NCBI GenBank assembly: GCA_027025175.1
Contig: JALVRF010000143.1
Span: 1,863-65,862, forward strand
DNA length: 64,000 nucleotides
Direction: 5' to 3'
From: Candidatus Aminicenantes bacterium
GTDB taxonomy: Bacteria; Acidobacteriota; Aminicenantia; S016-38
Shown here: in pieces, positions 37,101 through 46,298 of the stretch
Layout of the letters: each line of letters opens with the position of its first letter
Position numbering within the stretch: the stretch's first letter is position 1
Program-made: the position numbers and the translations under genes
The notes under the pieces: generated by a model
Told to the model about the DNA's origin: nothing
Databases searched by the model: none
What the model saw: the letters and a program-made list of their open reading frames with translations, nothing else

Positions 37101-37493
37101 AGGCATCCTAAACTGGCTCCGGTTTCCACCTTCACCGACGGGATATTCATTGCCGGGGCCTGTCAGGGACCCAAGGACATTCCTGACACCGTGGCCCAGG
37201 CAGGGGCAGCAGCCGCCGAGGCCATGGCCTTAGCGGATAAGGGCTTCGTGGAATTAGAGCCAAATACCGCCTATATTCAGGAGGAGCTCTGCTCGGGCTG
37301 CCACATATGCATAGGTCTCTGCCCCTATTCCGCCATAAGTTACAACCCGGAAAAGAAAGTGGCGGAGGTCAACGAGGTGCTTTGCAAGGGTTGTGGAACC
37401 TGCGTGGCAGCCTGTCCCAGCGGAGCCGCGGAACAGAGGCTATTTGAAACCGCCCAGATTCTCATGGAACTGGAAGGAGGGCTTCATGTATGA
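34125..37493 (+). CDS. hdrA: Giant HdrA-like flavoprotein with an inserted GltD/NfnB-like NAD(P)H-binding FAD domain and extra ferredoxin domains (HdrL-like)
   Basis: HdrA N-terminus ([35 protein letters not shown]). Then a second dinucleotide-binding module [35 protein letters not shown]...[14 protein letters not shown] typical of the glutamate-synthase small subunit / NfnB. Then the HdrA core again ([53 protein letters not shown]). ATG at 34125 after the RBS GGAGG. 1123 aa. Confidence 0.8.
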   Translation: [1122 protein letters not shown]

Positions 37494-37902
37494 ACCCAAG
37501 ATAATTGCTTTCTTTTGCAATTGGTGCACATATACAGCGGCAGACCTTGCAGGGGTCTCCAGGATGAAATACGCCCCCAATGTGAGAATCGTCCGGGTTA
37601 TGTGCTCCGGGAGGGTGGACCCCGAACTGGTGATAAAGGCCTTTGATCTGGGGGCCGACGGGGTTCTCATTGGAGGATGCCATCCCGGGGATTGTCATTA
37701 CCAGAACGGAAACCACAAGACTTTAAGAAGATCTGTCCTTCTTAAAAAACTCCTACCGCAATTAGGGATTGAACCTGAAAGATTAAGGCTGGAGTGGATT
37801 TCCGCCTCCGAGGGAGAGAAAGTAAGCAGGGTATGCAACGAATTCACTGAGGAGATAAGGAAATTGGGTCCTCTAAAAAGGGAGGTGAAAAATGCCGGAT
37901 AA
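37486..37902 (+). CDS. mvhD: MvhD/FlpD-type hydrogenase delta subunit ([2Fe-2S] electron-transfer protein)
   Basis: KIIAFFCNWCTYTAADLAG...MCSGRVDP...GGCHPGDCHY is the MvhD signature. Its ATG overlaps the hdrA stop. Confidence 0.85.
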   Translation: MYEPKIIAFFCNWCTYTAADLAGVSRMKYAPNVRIVRVMCSGRVDPELVIKAFDLGADGVLIGGCHPGDCHYQNGNHKTLRRSVLLKKLLPQLGIEPERLRLEWISASEGEKVSRVCNEFTEEIRKLGPLKREVKNAG

Positions 37903-38869
37903 GCCCTGGGTAGCCTTTTACTGGTGCGCCTCCTGCGGAGGATGCGAGGAGGCGGTGGTGGACATAGCGGAGAAAATCCTGGATGTGGTCCAGGCCGTAA
38001 ATATAGGGTTCTGGCCCGTGGCCATGGACTTCAAAAAAGAAGATGTGGAGAAAAAACCCGATGGCTTCTTTGTAGCCTCCTTTATAAATGGAGCGGTAAG
38101 AACTTCTGAGCAGGAGGAAATGGTAAAACTCCTCAGGAAAAAATCCCAGTTGATCTTTGCCTTCGGTTCCTGCTCCCATTTAGGAGGAATCCCAGGGCTT
38201 GCCAACCTTTATTCTAAGGAGGAAATTCTCTCCTATGCATACAGGGAAAGCCCCAGCACGGAAAATCCTCAGGGCACCATACCAAGAACTTCCTGGAAGG
38301 AAAACGGATATTCCCTGGATCTTCCAGAATTCTACGACCGGGTTTTCACCTTGAACCAGGTGATAGATGTAGATTACTACATACCGGGCTGCGCCCCACC
38401 GCCGGACATAGTCATGGGCGCCTTTGAAGCCCTGCTCAAGGGGGAACTTCCGGAAAAGGGTTCGGTCCTCTCCCCCAACAAGGCCCTCTGCAGCACCTGT
38501 CCCCTCAACGAAACCAAGCCAGATAGGCTCCTGATCAAGGACCTGAAAAGGCCCCACGAGGTGGAAATTGACCCTGAAAAATGCTATCTGCTCCAGGGCC
38601 TGCTCTGTATGGGTCCTGCCACCCGAACAGGATGCGGTGAAAGGTGTATAAGGGTCGGAATGCCCTGCAGGGGATGCTTCGGTCCCTTAGACAATGCCCT
38701 GGACCAGGGTCTTTCCATGCTCTCCGCCATGGCCTCCATCCTTGATTTTTCCCCTGAGGAACAGGCCCAATTGGAGGAGGTCTTAAGGGCGTGTCCTGAC
38801 CCTGCAGGGAGCCTGTATCGTTTCTCCCTTCCCCGCTCCATCCTTAAGGGGAAAATAAGGAGGGAATAA
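37892..38869 (+). CDS. mvhG: [NiFe]-hydrogenase small subunit (MvhG-like, group 3c)
   Basis: WCASCGGCEEA proximal-cluster motif, GSCSHLGG, and Cys-rich C-terminal clusters (CSTCP, CMGPATRTGCGERC, CRGC). Confidence 0.85.
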   Translation: MPDKPWVAFYWCASCGGCEEAVVDIAEKILDVVQAVNIGFWPVAMDFKKEDVEKKPDGFFVASFINGAVRTSEQEEMVKLLRKKSQLIFAFGSCSHLGGIPGLANLYSKEEILSYAYRESPSTENPQGTIPRTSWKENGYSLDLPEFYDRVFTLNQVIDVDYYIPGCAPPPDIVMGAFEALLKGELPEKGSVLSPNKALCSTCPLNETKPDRLLIKDLKRPHEVEIDPEKCYLLQGLLCMGPATRTGCGERCIRVGMPCRGCFGPLDNALDQGLSMLSAMASILDFSPEEQAQLEEVLRACPDPAGSLYRFSLPRSILKGKIRRE

Positions 38870-40329
38870 TGGAAAGGATAAGCATAAACCCCATAACAAG
38901 GCTGGAAGGGCACGGCGATATAGAAATCTTTCTGGACGAGGCAGGCAATGTGGCTAAAGCCTACCTACAGATTCCCGAACTCCGCGGATTTGAAAAATTC
39001 GCCCAGGGAAGGCCTGCAGAGGAAATGCCCAGGATAACGCCGAGGATTTGTGGTGTTTGCCCCACTGCCCATCACATGGCCTCAACCAAGTGTTTGGACG
39101 CCCTTTTTAAAGTGCAGCCCCCTGAAGCCGCCAGGAAAATCCGCCATCTCTTCTACAACATGTTCATGTTTGAGGACCACCTCCTGCATTTTTACTACTT
39201 AGGGGGGCCTGATTTCATTGTGGGACCAAAGGCTCCCAGGGAGGAAAGGAACATACTGGGGGTAATCGGGAAGGTGGGCCTGGAGATTGCCAAAAAACTC
39301 ATTTCCACCCGGCGCAGGGTAAGGGAACTGATGACGGAGATGGGCGGCAAGGTAATCCATCCGGTTTTCGGCCTCCCCGGAGGAATCTCAAAACCCTTAG
39401 AAAAGGAAACCGTGGAAAAACTCAAGGAAGTTTCTTCCGAAGCCCTGGAATTTGCCAAATTCACCGTAAAGGCCTTCCACGACATAGTCCTTTCAAACAG
39501 CCAGTATGTGGAAATAATCACCAGCGAGCCCTATCTCCTTAAAACTAATTACATGGGATTGGTGGACGAAAACAATCGGGTCTCCTTCTATGATGGGCAG
39601 GTAAGGATAGTGGACACAGAGGGCAGGGAAATCGGGAGGTTCTCAGGCCTTGACTACTTAGAATACATAGCCGAGCATGTGGAGCCCTGGACATACATAA
39701 AATTCCCCTACCTGAGGAAATTTGGGTGGAAGGGATTTGTGGACGGGGAGGGAACCTCCATCTACCGGGTAGCCCCCTTAGCCAGGCTCAACGCCTCCGA
39801 AGGGATGAAAACCCCCTTAGCCCAGGAGGAATACGAGAGATTTTACGACACCTTAGGAGGAAAACCCGTCCATCACACCCTGGCTTACCACTGGGCAAGG
39901 GTAATTGAGGCTCTGCAGGCAGCGGAAATGATGGTGGCCCTTTCCAGGGACCCGGACATCGCCTCAAAACAGGTAAGAAATCTCGACCTTAAGACCCCGG
40001 AGGAAGGGGTTGGAATAGTGGAGGCCCCCAGGGGCACCCTTATTCACCATTACAAAACCGACGAAAGAGGAATAATAACCGAGGCCAACCTGATAGTGGC
40101 CACGGTGGCCAACGCCGCTTCCATGAACATCAACATAGACAGGGTAGCCCGGGCAATGATAAAGGAAGGGAAGGTGGACCATGGGATCCTGAACATGGTG
40201 GAAATGGCCTTCAGGGCCTATGACCCATGTTTCGCCTGCGCCACCCACAGCCTTCCTGGTGGTTTTCCCATAAGGATAAAAATCATGGGACCCGGGGGAA
40301 ACCTCCTGAGGGAAATTACGAACCTGTGA
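38869..40329 (+). CDS. mvhA: [NiFe]-hydrogenase large subunit (MvhA-like)
   Basis: N-terminal RICGVCPTAHH and C-terminal DPCFACATHS Ni-Fe ligand motifs. A roughly 25-aa C-terminal extension after the His consistent with endopeptidase processing. Confidence 0.9.
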   Translation: MERISINPITRLEGHGDIEIFLDEAGNVAKAYLQIPELRGFEKFAQGRPAEEMPRITPRICGVCPTAHHMASTKCLDALFKVQPPEAARKIRHLFYNMFMFEDHLLHFYYLGGPDFIVGPKAPREERNILGVIGKVGLEIAKKLISTRRRVRELMTEMGGKVIHPVFGLPGGISKPLEKETVEKLKEVSSEALEFAKFTVKAFHDIVLSNSQYVEIITSEPYLLKTNYMGLVDENNRVSFYDGQVRIVDTEGREIGRFSGLDYLEYIAEHVEPWTYIKFPYLRKFGWKGFVDGEGTSIYRVAPLARLNASEGMKTPLAQEEYERFYDTLGGKPVHHTLAYHWARVIEALQAAEMMVALSRDPDIASKQVRNLDLKTPEEGVGIVEAPRGTLIHHYKTDERGIITEANLIVATVANAASMNINIDRVARAMIKEGKVDHGILNMVEMAFRAYDPCFACATHSLPGGFPIRIKIMGPGGNLLREITNL

Positions 40330-40754
40330 AGAGGCTTATACTCTGTTTGGGGAACGAAATTGCCGGCGACGATGGTGTGGGAATTTACATAGGAAAAAGG
40401 CTCCGGGGTCTGATAAAAGGATGGGATGTCAAGTGCAGCGATAAGGCTGGCTTCTATCTGATAGAGGAAATGGAAGGATACGACGAGGTGGTGCTGGTGG
40501 ACAGTTTGGTGGTCAGGGAGGGAAGGGTCGGGGAGATAGTGGAGGGATACATTCAGGAGGGGACTGCGGGAACGAGCCCCCATTCCCTTTCCATATCCCA
40601 GAGTTTATCCCTGGGAAGAGCACTGGGCCTGAAGATTCCCCGGAAGGTCAAATTTTTCGCCATAACCATCCCGCCTCCTTCCCTCGGTGAAGGCCTGTCC
40701 CCCACAGTCAAAGAGGCGGCGGAAAAGATAATTTCCCTTCTCAGTCTCCTTTAA
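40326..40754 (+). CDS. Hydrogenase maturation endopeptidase (HycI/HoxW/FrhD family)
   Basis: GTG overlapping the mvhA stop. LILCLGNEIAGDDGVG...VVLVDS is the conserved hydrogenase-protease signature. About 142 aa. Confidence 0.75.
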   Translation: MKRLILCLGNEIAGDDGVGIYIGKRLRGLIKGWDVKCSDKAGFYLIEEMEGYDEVVLVDSLVVREGRVGEIVEGYIQEGTAGTSPHSLSISQSLSLGRALGLKIPRKVKFFAITIPPPSLGEGLSPTVKEAAEKIISLLSLL

Positions 40755-40810
40755 TTTTTTCAAAATCCGGGTTTATAATTAATTGTTGTCAAAGAAGAAG
40801 GAGATCTGGT

Positions 40811-42739
40811 ATGCGAATAATAAAGCACATATTGTTATTATTTTTGGGGCTACACCTTTGGGCAGGGGTTCAATACAGGATTCTGGTGGTTAAATCCGAT
40901 TATCCGGATCTGCAGGCCTTTCAAACCCATATTCTTCAATTCCTGGACGCCTCAGCCTTCAAGTACGATGTCCTGGAGCCCGGGGAGGATTTTTCTTATT
41001 CAACCCTGGTTTCCGGGAAAAACCTCAATTACACCAGCGTGATTCTTCTTAGAAGGGCCTCAGAGCTTTATCCCCAAGAAAAATCCGCCCTGGAAAAGGC
41101 CTCCTCAAAAGGCGTATCCCTCATAGGATTTGTGGATATAGCAGGAGAATCTCCCTTTTACAGGGAACTTTTCGGCATAAAGGAGATAGGGGGCTGGGAA
41201 GAAGCCGAAAACATAAGAATCAAGTCTGGCCTCGGCTTTTTAACCCATGAAATAGAGGGAGAAAAGTTGAGACCCTCACTCATAAGGGAAATCCGGTTGG
41301 AAAAAACCTGCAGGATAATTGCTGCCTCCGGCGCCAGCATCCCGGCGGTATCCGCCTGTCCATATTCCAAGGGCATAAATTACCTTTTTAATCTGGACAG
41401 GAACTCCCTGTCCTGGTGGTATTCTGAATGGGGAAAATCGGACAAAGACCCCAGGCTGGTCCTCCTTCGGCGGGCGATAATTGAGAATTCTGGATTGGGT
41501 TTTGTGTATTACGACCTTTCCCATACGGTAATTCTCAGGATTGACGACTTCCTTCAGAACCGCCACACCTGGGAGGACCCGGTATATCCGCAATACCCCC
41601 TGGTCACCCACAGAATGGACGAGGAATATCTCAAAGAAATAGGGGATGTCTTTCAGAAGCACAATGCCCATGTAACATTCCTCGTGGTCCCGGGCTTTGT
41701 GGATCCCGGCCCGGAAAAGGGGGTTTTACTGGTGAACGGGCATTCGCCATCCCTCAGGCAATGCGGCACTGTATACGATGTTAAGGATGTAGTCTTCAAA
41801 GTAACCTCCGGGTGGAACGCCGGGGATACTTATAACTATCCCCCAGAGTACAGGGGCATAGTTGAACTCTTACACAGGGGACTGGTAGATGTTCAGGAAC
41901 ACGGTTTTACCCACATAAACTGGAAAAAGAACGAATGGTGCGCAAGCCCCAACAGGGCAACCAATCCCTTTCCCTGGGAGAGGGAATTCGTTGATCTGGT
42001 GGACCACGACCCTGTCCCGGAGTATGTCCAGGAGGATATCCTCTATCAGGGTTTCACAAGGCTAAAAGACTGGTTCGGTCACGAACCGCTGGCCCTCATT
42101 CCCCCGGGCCATGCCCACGACGAAACCACCTTAGAAGTTGCCCACCGGTTTGGAATCAAACTCTTCAGCGTGGATTGGCTCGGCATCTGGAAGGATTGGG
42201 GGTATGACAAGAATCAGCAGATTAAGTCCCTGTTTATAAACTACATGAACTGGGCTCCCCCTCCCTCTCTTCTCTGGCACATCGCAGCCAGCCCTCACCT
42301 GGTTTATTTTCACGACTGGGACCTTATTCTCGGAGGCCCTGATTGGCTTGATGAACTTCTCACCCAGTGGGAAGAAACCCTTAAGGTAAAACATTACATT
42401 TCCCTGGCAGAATTCGCTGGATACTATTTCTCCCAGATAGAAGCCTCCAGGGAAGGGAACAGGTTTACCGTCACTGTTGACATAAGTAACACCGGGGGCC
42501 CCCACAATCTTCCCCAGGATAGATTTTTCTCCTCCCACAGTCTTATTCTAAAAATCCACCTGCCGGAGAACCTGTGGAGAAGCAATCTTTACTTCAGGGG
42601 CTTTTATCAGGCCGTCTCAAATTCTCCCTCGGTAAAAAGAGTATATTTAAAAGATGGGGAGATGGTGGTGGAGTTTAAACCCTTTGGAAAGGCATCCAGA
42701 AAAACCGCCGAGATTACATTCACAGAAGGGAGAAGGTGA
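40811..42739 (+). CDS. Secreted hypothetical protein, putative polysaccharide-deacetylase-like/DUF2194-like
   Basis: Signal peptide. 642 aa. The central region (YDLSHTVILRIDDF...HVTFLVVPGF...HGFTHINW) resembles a CE4/NodB-type fold. Weak assignment. Confidence 0.4.
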   Translation: MRIIKHILLLFLGLHLWAGVQYRILVVKSDYPDLQAFQTHILQFLDASAFKYDVLEPGEDFSYSTLVSGKNLNYTSVILLRRASELYPQEKSALEKASSKGVSLIGFVDIAGESPFYRELFGIKEIGGWEEAENIRIKSGLGFLTHEIEGEKLRPSLIREIRLEKTCRIIAASGASIPAVSACPYSKGINYLFNLDRNSLSWWYSEWGKSDKDPRLVLLRRAIIENSGLGFVYYDLSHTVILRIDDFLQNRHTWEDPVYPQYPLVTHRMDEEYLKEIGDVFQKHNAHVTFLVVPGFVDPGPEKGVLLVNGHSPSLRQCGTVYDVKDVVFKVTSGWNAGDTYNYPPEYRGIVELLHRGLVDVQEHGFTHINWKKNEWCASPNRATNPFPWEREFVDLVDHDPVPEYVQEDILYQGFTRLKDWFGHEPLALIPPGHAHDETTLEVAHRFGIKLFSVDWLGIWKDWGYDKNQQIKSLFINYMNWAPPPSLLWHIAASPHLVYFHDWDLILGGPDWLDELLTQWEETLKVKHYISLAEFAGYYFSQIEASREGNRFTVTVDISNTGGPHNLPQDRFFSSHSLILKIHLPENLWRSNLYFRGFYQAVSNSPSVKRVYLKDGEMVVEFKPFGKASRKTAEITFTEGRR

Positions 42740-44661
42740 AGGGAAAATATCTCTTCCTGGGAGTTCTTCTTCTGGTTTTCGCCCTGGGTCAACTGAGAAT
42801 ACTGGACGCGGACCCGCCCTATAACCTGAGTAAAATATCCATGGGGGAATTCGGAGATCCCGGAAGTTACGCCCTCAACGCCCGCAACAAGGTGGTCCTG
42901 GGTCACTGGGAGGCGGACAAGTGGAACCTTATGTATACCAATCCTATACCCCATCTCATCTCCTTTGCAGTCTTTAAAATTCTTGGGGTCTCCTTCTTAT
43001 CCATGAACCTGGTTCCCCTTATTTTTGCCCTTCTGTCCATATGGATATCCTTTCTTCTCTTTCAGGAACTTCTACCTTCCTGGAAAACAGCGTTTCTTTT
43101 CACCCTGCTGCTCTCCTTCCATTACCTTTTCCTGTGCTATTCCAAAATAGCAGACCGAATAATGCCCATGGGATTTTTTATCATCCTCTCTGTTTATCTT
43201 CTGGAAAAGGCCCGGGGCAAAAAAATGGCCCTGATTTTCCTCTCAGGAATATCGCTCTTTGCAGCCTTCCTGAGCAAGGGAAAGATGGCATATCTATTTC
43301 CCATATTTCCCCTTGCCCTGTTTTTTTACAGGAGAGTAAACCTCTGGGAGAGGTTGAGGGAAGTGGTTGTTTTTCTCCTGGGAATTTTTGCTGCCTTCCT
43401 CCCCTGGTATCTTTTCCTTTATTTGCCCCACAGGGAAATCTATGTACTTTTCGGCTCCAGGGCCACATGGAGGATAATGAAAATCCACAGCCTGGCCAAT
43501 GGCATAAGCAATTTCGTCCACCAGCCCCTTGTTTTCTTCTACCCGTACATGCTTCTGCTTTCAGTCCTCGCACTGACAGGACTTTTAATTGCGTCCCGGG
43601 GATTTTTAAGGGAAGACCTTCCCTTTTCAGTGGCCCTTTCCCTTTTATGGCTTCCAGCCCTTTACCTTTTTCTTTCTTCCTTCAGCCTGAGGCCCATAAG
43701 GTATTTTTTTGAAATCATATACCCAATGTTCATCCTCTCCGCATATCTCCTCCAAAGAAACTCCTCTAAAATTTCCGGGATAATTCCCTTCTTTGCCAAA
43801 TATTTCCTTTTTCTTGAAGTTTTTGTTCTTATTATAAGGCTTTCTGGAAAATACCGCATACTCCTGAACCCCATTTATTTCTTCCCCTTCTTAATCCTGC
43901 CCTTTCTTCCAGCTCTCATCCCCTTCAAATTAAAGTTCCCAAAGGCCTTAGTATACGCCCTGCTTCTGGGGAATCTTCTCTGGGGGCTGAAAATATACCT
44001 GCCCTATTATTCGCATCCCAAATATCGGCTGAAGCAAATCTCCTTAGACCTGGGTAAGGCCTTTCCCCCTTCGGATTTTGCTGGCCTTACCGCTCCGGTT
44101 CTTTCCATGGAGAATCGGCACATTCCCCATGTATCCTGGCCCACCCACAGAATAAATTACGAAAGAGATTTTCCATGGAAAAAGCACATAAGATTCGTGG
44201 TTCTCCTCACCTATAATGGGGAATTAAACTATTACTGGAACAGGTTTCCCGATTTCATGAAAACCCTCAGGACCGTGGCGAGATTCTATCTCTGGAGGAC
44301 AGACCTTCTGCTCATGGCCCCGGGGAATTACACGGGACATCAGGAAGGGGAGAACTTAAGGAGAAAGGGTGGGTACGCCATATATGAAAAAGGAGCCTCG
44401 GGGACTTGGACCCTCTATTTGCCCGAAGACCTGGAGGGACACTTCCTTTCCCTTACCAGCAAGGGGAATTTCCTGCTCCTCCGCCTCCGGGGCAACGAAA
44501 GGTGCGTGACTGCCAAGGGGGAGGGGATGTTCGCTGTCCTTTACGGAGGTAGAAACTACAAACTTCAAAAATTATTGGTTAACCCTGGCAAAGAAATAAA
44601 TTTTTATAAAAGAAAGGGATGTAAATTCTGGATTGATTACATAGAAGGAGGGGAAAAGTGA
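42736..44661 (+). CDS. GT-C-fold membrane glycosyltransferase (ArnT/PMT_2-like, family 39/83-like)
   Basis: About 12 TM helices in the N-terminal 430 aa with a soluble C-terminal domain, the architecture of ArnT/dolichyl-phosphate-mannose transferases. ATGA overlap with the previous gene. Confidence 0.5.
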   Translation: MKGKYLFLGVLLLVFALGQLRILDADPPYNLSKISMGEFGDPGSYALNARNKVVLGHWEADKWNLMYTNPIPHLISFAVFKILGVSFLSMNLVPLIFALLSIWISFLLFQELLPSWKTAFLFTLLLSFHYLFLCYSKIADRIMPMGFFIILSVYLLEKARGKKMALIFLSGISLFAAFLSKGKMAYLFPIFPLALFFYRRVNLWERLREVVVFLLGIFAAFLPWYLFLYLPHREIYVLFGSRATWRIMKIHSLANGISNFVHQPLVFFYPYMLLLSVLALTGLLIASRGFLREDLPFSVALSLLWLPALYLFLSSFSLRPIRYFFEIIYPMFILSAYLLQRNSSKISGIIPFFAKYFLFLEVFVLIIRLSGKYRILLNPIYFFPFLILPFLPALIPFKLKFPKALVYALLLGNLLWGLKIYLPYYSHPKYRLKQISLDLGKAFPPSDFAGLTAPVLSMENRHIPHVSWPTHRINYERDFPWKKHIRFVVLLTYNGELNYYWNRFPDFMKTLRTVARFYLWRTDLLLMAPGNYTGHQEGENLRRKGGYAIYEKGASGTWTLYLPEDLEGHFLSLTSKGNFLLLRLRGNERCVTAKGEGMFAVLYGGRNYKLQKLLVNPGKEINFYKRKGCKFWIDYIEGGEK

Positions 44662-46298
44662 ATGCCGCTTTTATAGCCCTGGCAGGTCTTGGGTGGTTTG
44701 CCCTGGCTTATTTTCTCTATGGAAGATTTCTTGACAGGAAGGTAATAAAACCGGATCCCCAAAAGCCCACCCCTGCCCATACTCTTTATGACGGGGTGGA
44801 CTATGTCCCTGCCCATCCAGCGGTTCTCTTCGGCCACCATTTTTCATCCATAGCCGGGGCAGGCCCCATAGTTGGCCCAATCCTCGCCTATTCCCTCTTT
44901 GGATGGGGACCGGCTCTTCTCTGGGTTCTTCTGGGGACGGCCTTCATAGGGATGGTGCACGATTATTTTTCCCTGATGACTTCCGTCAGAAACCAGGGGG
45001 TGAGCATAGCCGAGGTGGCGGAAAGGGTGATTTCTAAAACCGCCAAATGGCTTTTTTCCGTCTTCGTCTGGTTCACCCTGGTTCTGGTTGTGGCGGTCTT
45101 TTCGGTAATAACAGCAAAGACCTTAGAGGAAAAGCCCCAGATTGCAGTTCCAACCTTAGGCCTTATCGTTGTGGCCATACTTTTTGGCCTTGCAGTTTAC
45201 AGGTTAAAGATGAAAGTTCTCCCTGCCACCTTAGCCTCGTGGTTCCTCATTTTCGCCTTAGTCTGGCTGGGTTATAAATTCCCCATAAGGGCCGGGTTTA
45301 ACACATGGTTTTATGTTTTCCTGATTTACGCCTTTGTGGCCTCGGGCCTCCCTGTTTGGTTCCTGCTTCAGCCCAGGGATTACCTGAGCATGACCATACT
45401 CTTCGCAGGACTTTTCTTAGGGTATGCCGGACTCTTCGCCCTTCACCCTGAGATTTCAGGACCTTCTTACGCCTCCTTCACTTCCCCCCAGGGACCCCTG
45501 GTTCCCATGCTTTTCATAATCATAGCCTGCGGGGCCATTTCCGGATTTCACTCCTTAGTGGGCTCCGGAACCACTGCAAAACAACTGGACAAGGAAACTC
45601 ACGGAAGGGCCGTAGGAAGCGGGGCTATGATATTTGAAGGAATCCTTGCTCTTCTGGTTCTTCTCCTTATGGCGGGGGCTTTAAAATGGGGTCAGGGAAA
45701 TGACGGTTTCCATCTCCATTCCATCCTCCGTTCAGGGGGCGGTCCTATAGTGGCCTTTGGAGCAGGTTTTGGGAAGGCGGTCTCCTCCTTGGGAGTTTCC
45801 CTCTCCGCTGCCACAGCCTTTGGAATACTGATGCTCAACGCCTTCGTCCTTACCTCTCTGGACACTTCGGTTAGGCTGAGCAGATTCGTATTTCAGGAAG
45901 CCATCGTTCGAGGAAAAGGCATCCTTTCCAACCGCTGGATAGCATCCCTTATAGGTATAGCCTTGGCGTGGGCCTTTGCCGCCACCAACTCCTGGAAGGT
46001 CATATGGCCTGCCTTCGGAGGGGCAAACCAGTTAGTGGCAGCCCTTTCCCTTTTCACCGTAACCGCCTACCTGGCAGGGGTAAAGAGGCCCACGGTCTAC
46101 AGCCTTATCCCTGCCCTTTTCATGTGGCTGATGACCGAGGGCGCCCTCTCATACCTTCTGTTTTTCAAGTTCCTGCCAGGGGCGGGGAAAAACACTGGAA
46201 AATTGCTCCTCTCCTTGGTTATCCTGACCCTTATAGGGCTGGGACTTTTAGTAGGTTATGAAGCCCTGAGGGCCATAAAAAGGAAATGGGGAAGTTAA
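44658..46298 (+). CDS. cstA: Carbon starvation protein A-family transporter
   Basis: DGVDYVPAHPAVLFGHHFSSIAGAGPIVGPILA is near-identical in pattern to the E. coli CstA N-terminal signature. Polytopic. 546 aa. Confidence 0.85.
   Translation: MNAAFIALAGLGWFALAYFLYGRFLDRKVIKPDPQKPTPAHTLYDGVDYVPAHPAVLFGHHFSSIAGAGPIVGPILAYSLFGWGPALLWVLLGTAFIGMVHDYFSLMTSVRNQGVSIAEVAERVISKTAKWLFSVFVWFTLVLVVAVFSVITAKTLEEKPQIAVPTLGLIVVAILFGLAVYRLKMKVLPATLASWFLIFALVWLGYKFPIRAGFNTWFYVFLIYAFVASGLPVWFLLQPRDYLSMTILFAGLFLGYAGLFALHPEISGPSYASFTSPQGPLVPMLFIIIACGAISGFHSLVGSGTTAKQLDKETHGRAVGSGAMIFEGILALLVLLLMAGALKWGQGNDGFHLHSILRSGGGPIVAFGAGFGKAVSSLGVSLSAATAFGILMLNAFVLTSLDTSVRLSRFVFQEAIVRGKGILSNRWIASLIGIALAWAFAATNSWKVIWPAFGGANQLVAALSLFTVTAYLAGVKRPTVYSLIPALFMWLMTEGALSYLLFFKFLPGAGKNTGKLLLSLVILTLIGLGLLVGYEALRAIKRKWGS

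Noticed and set aside
35492-37150. Minus-strand ORFs inside hdrA (35492-35758, 35954-36157, 36267-36857, 36861-37150)
   Set aside because: They sit antisense within a gene whose product has continuous, strongly recognisable HdrA/GltD motifs. They are typical shadow ORFs of a GC-rich coding strand.
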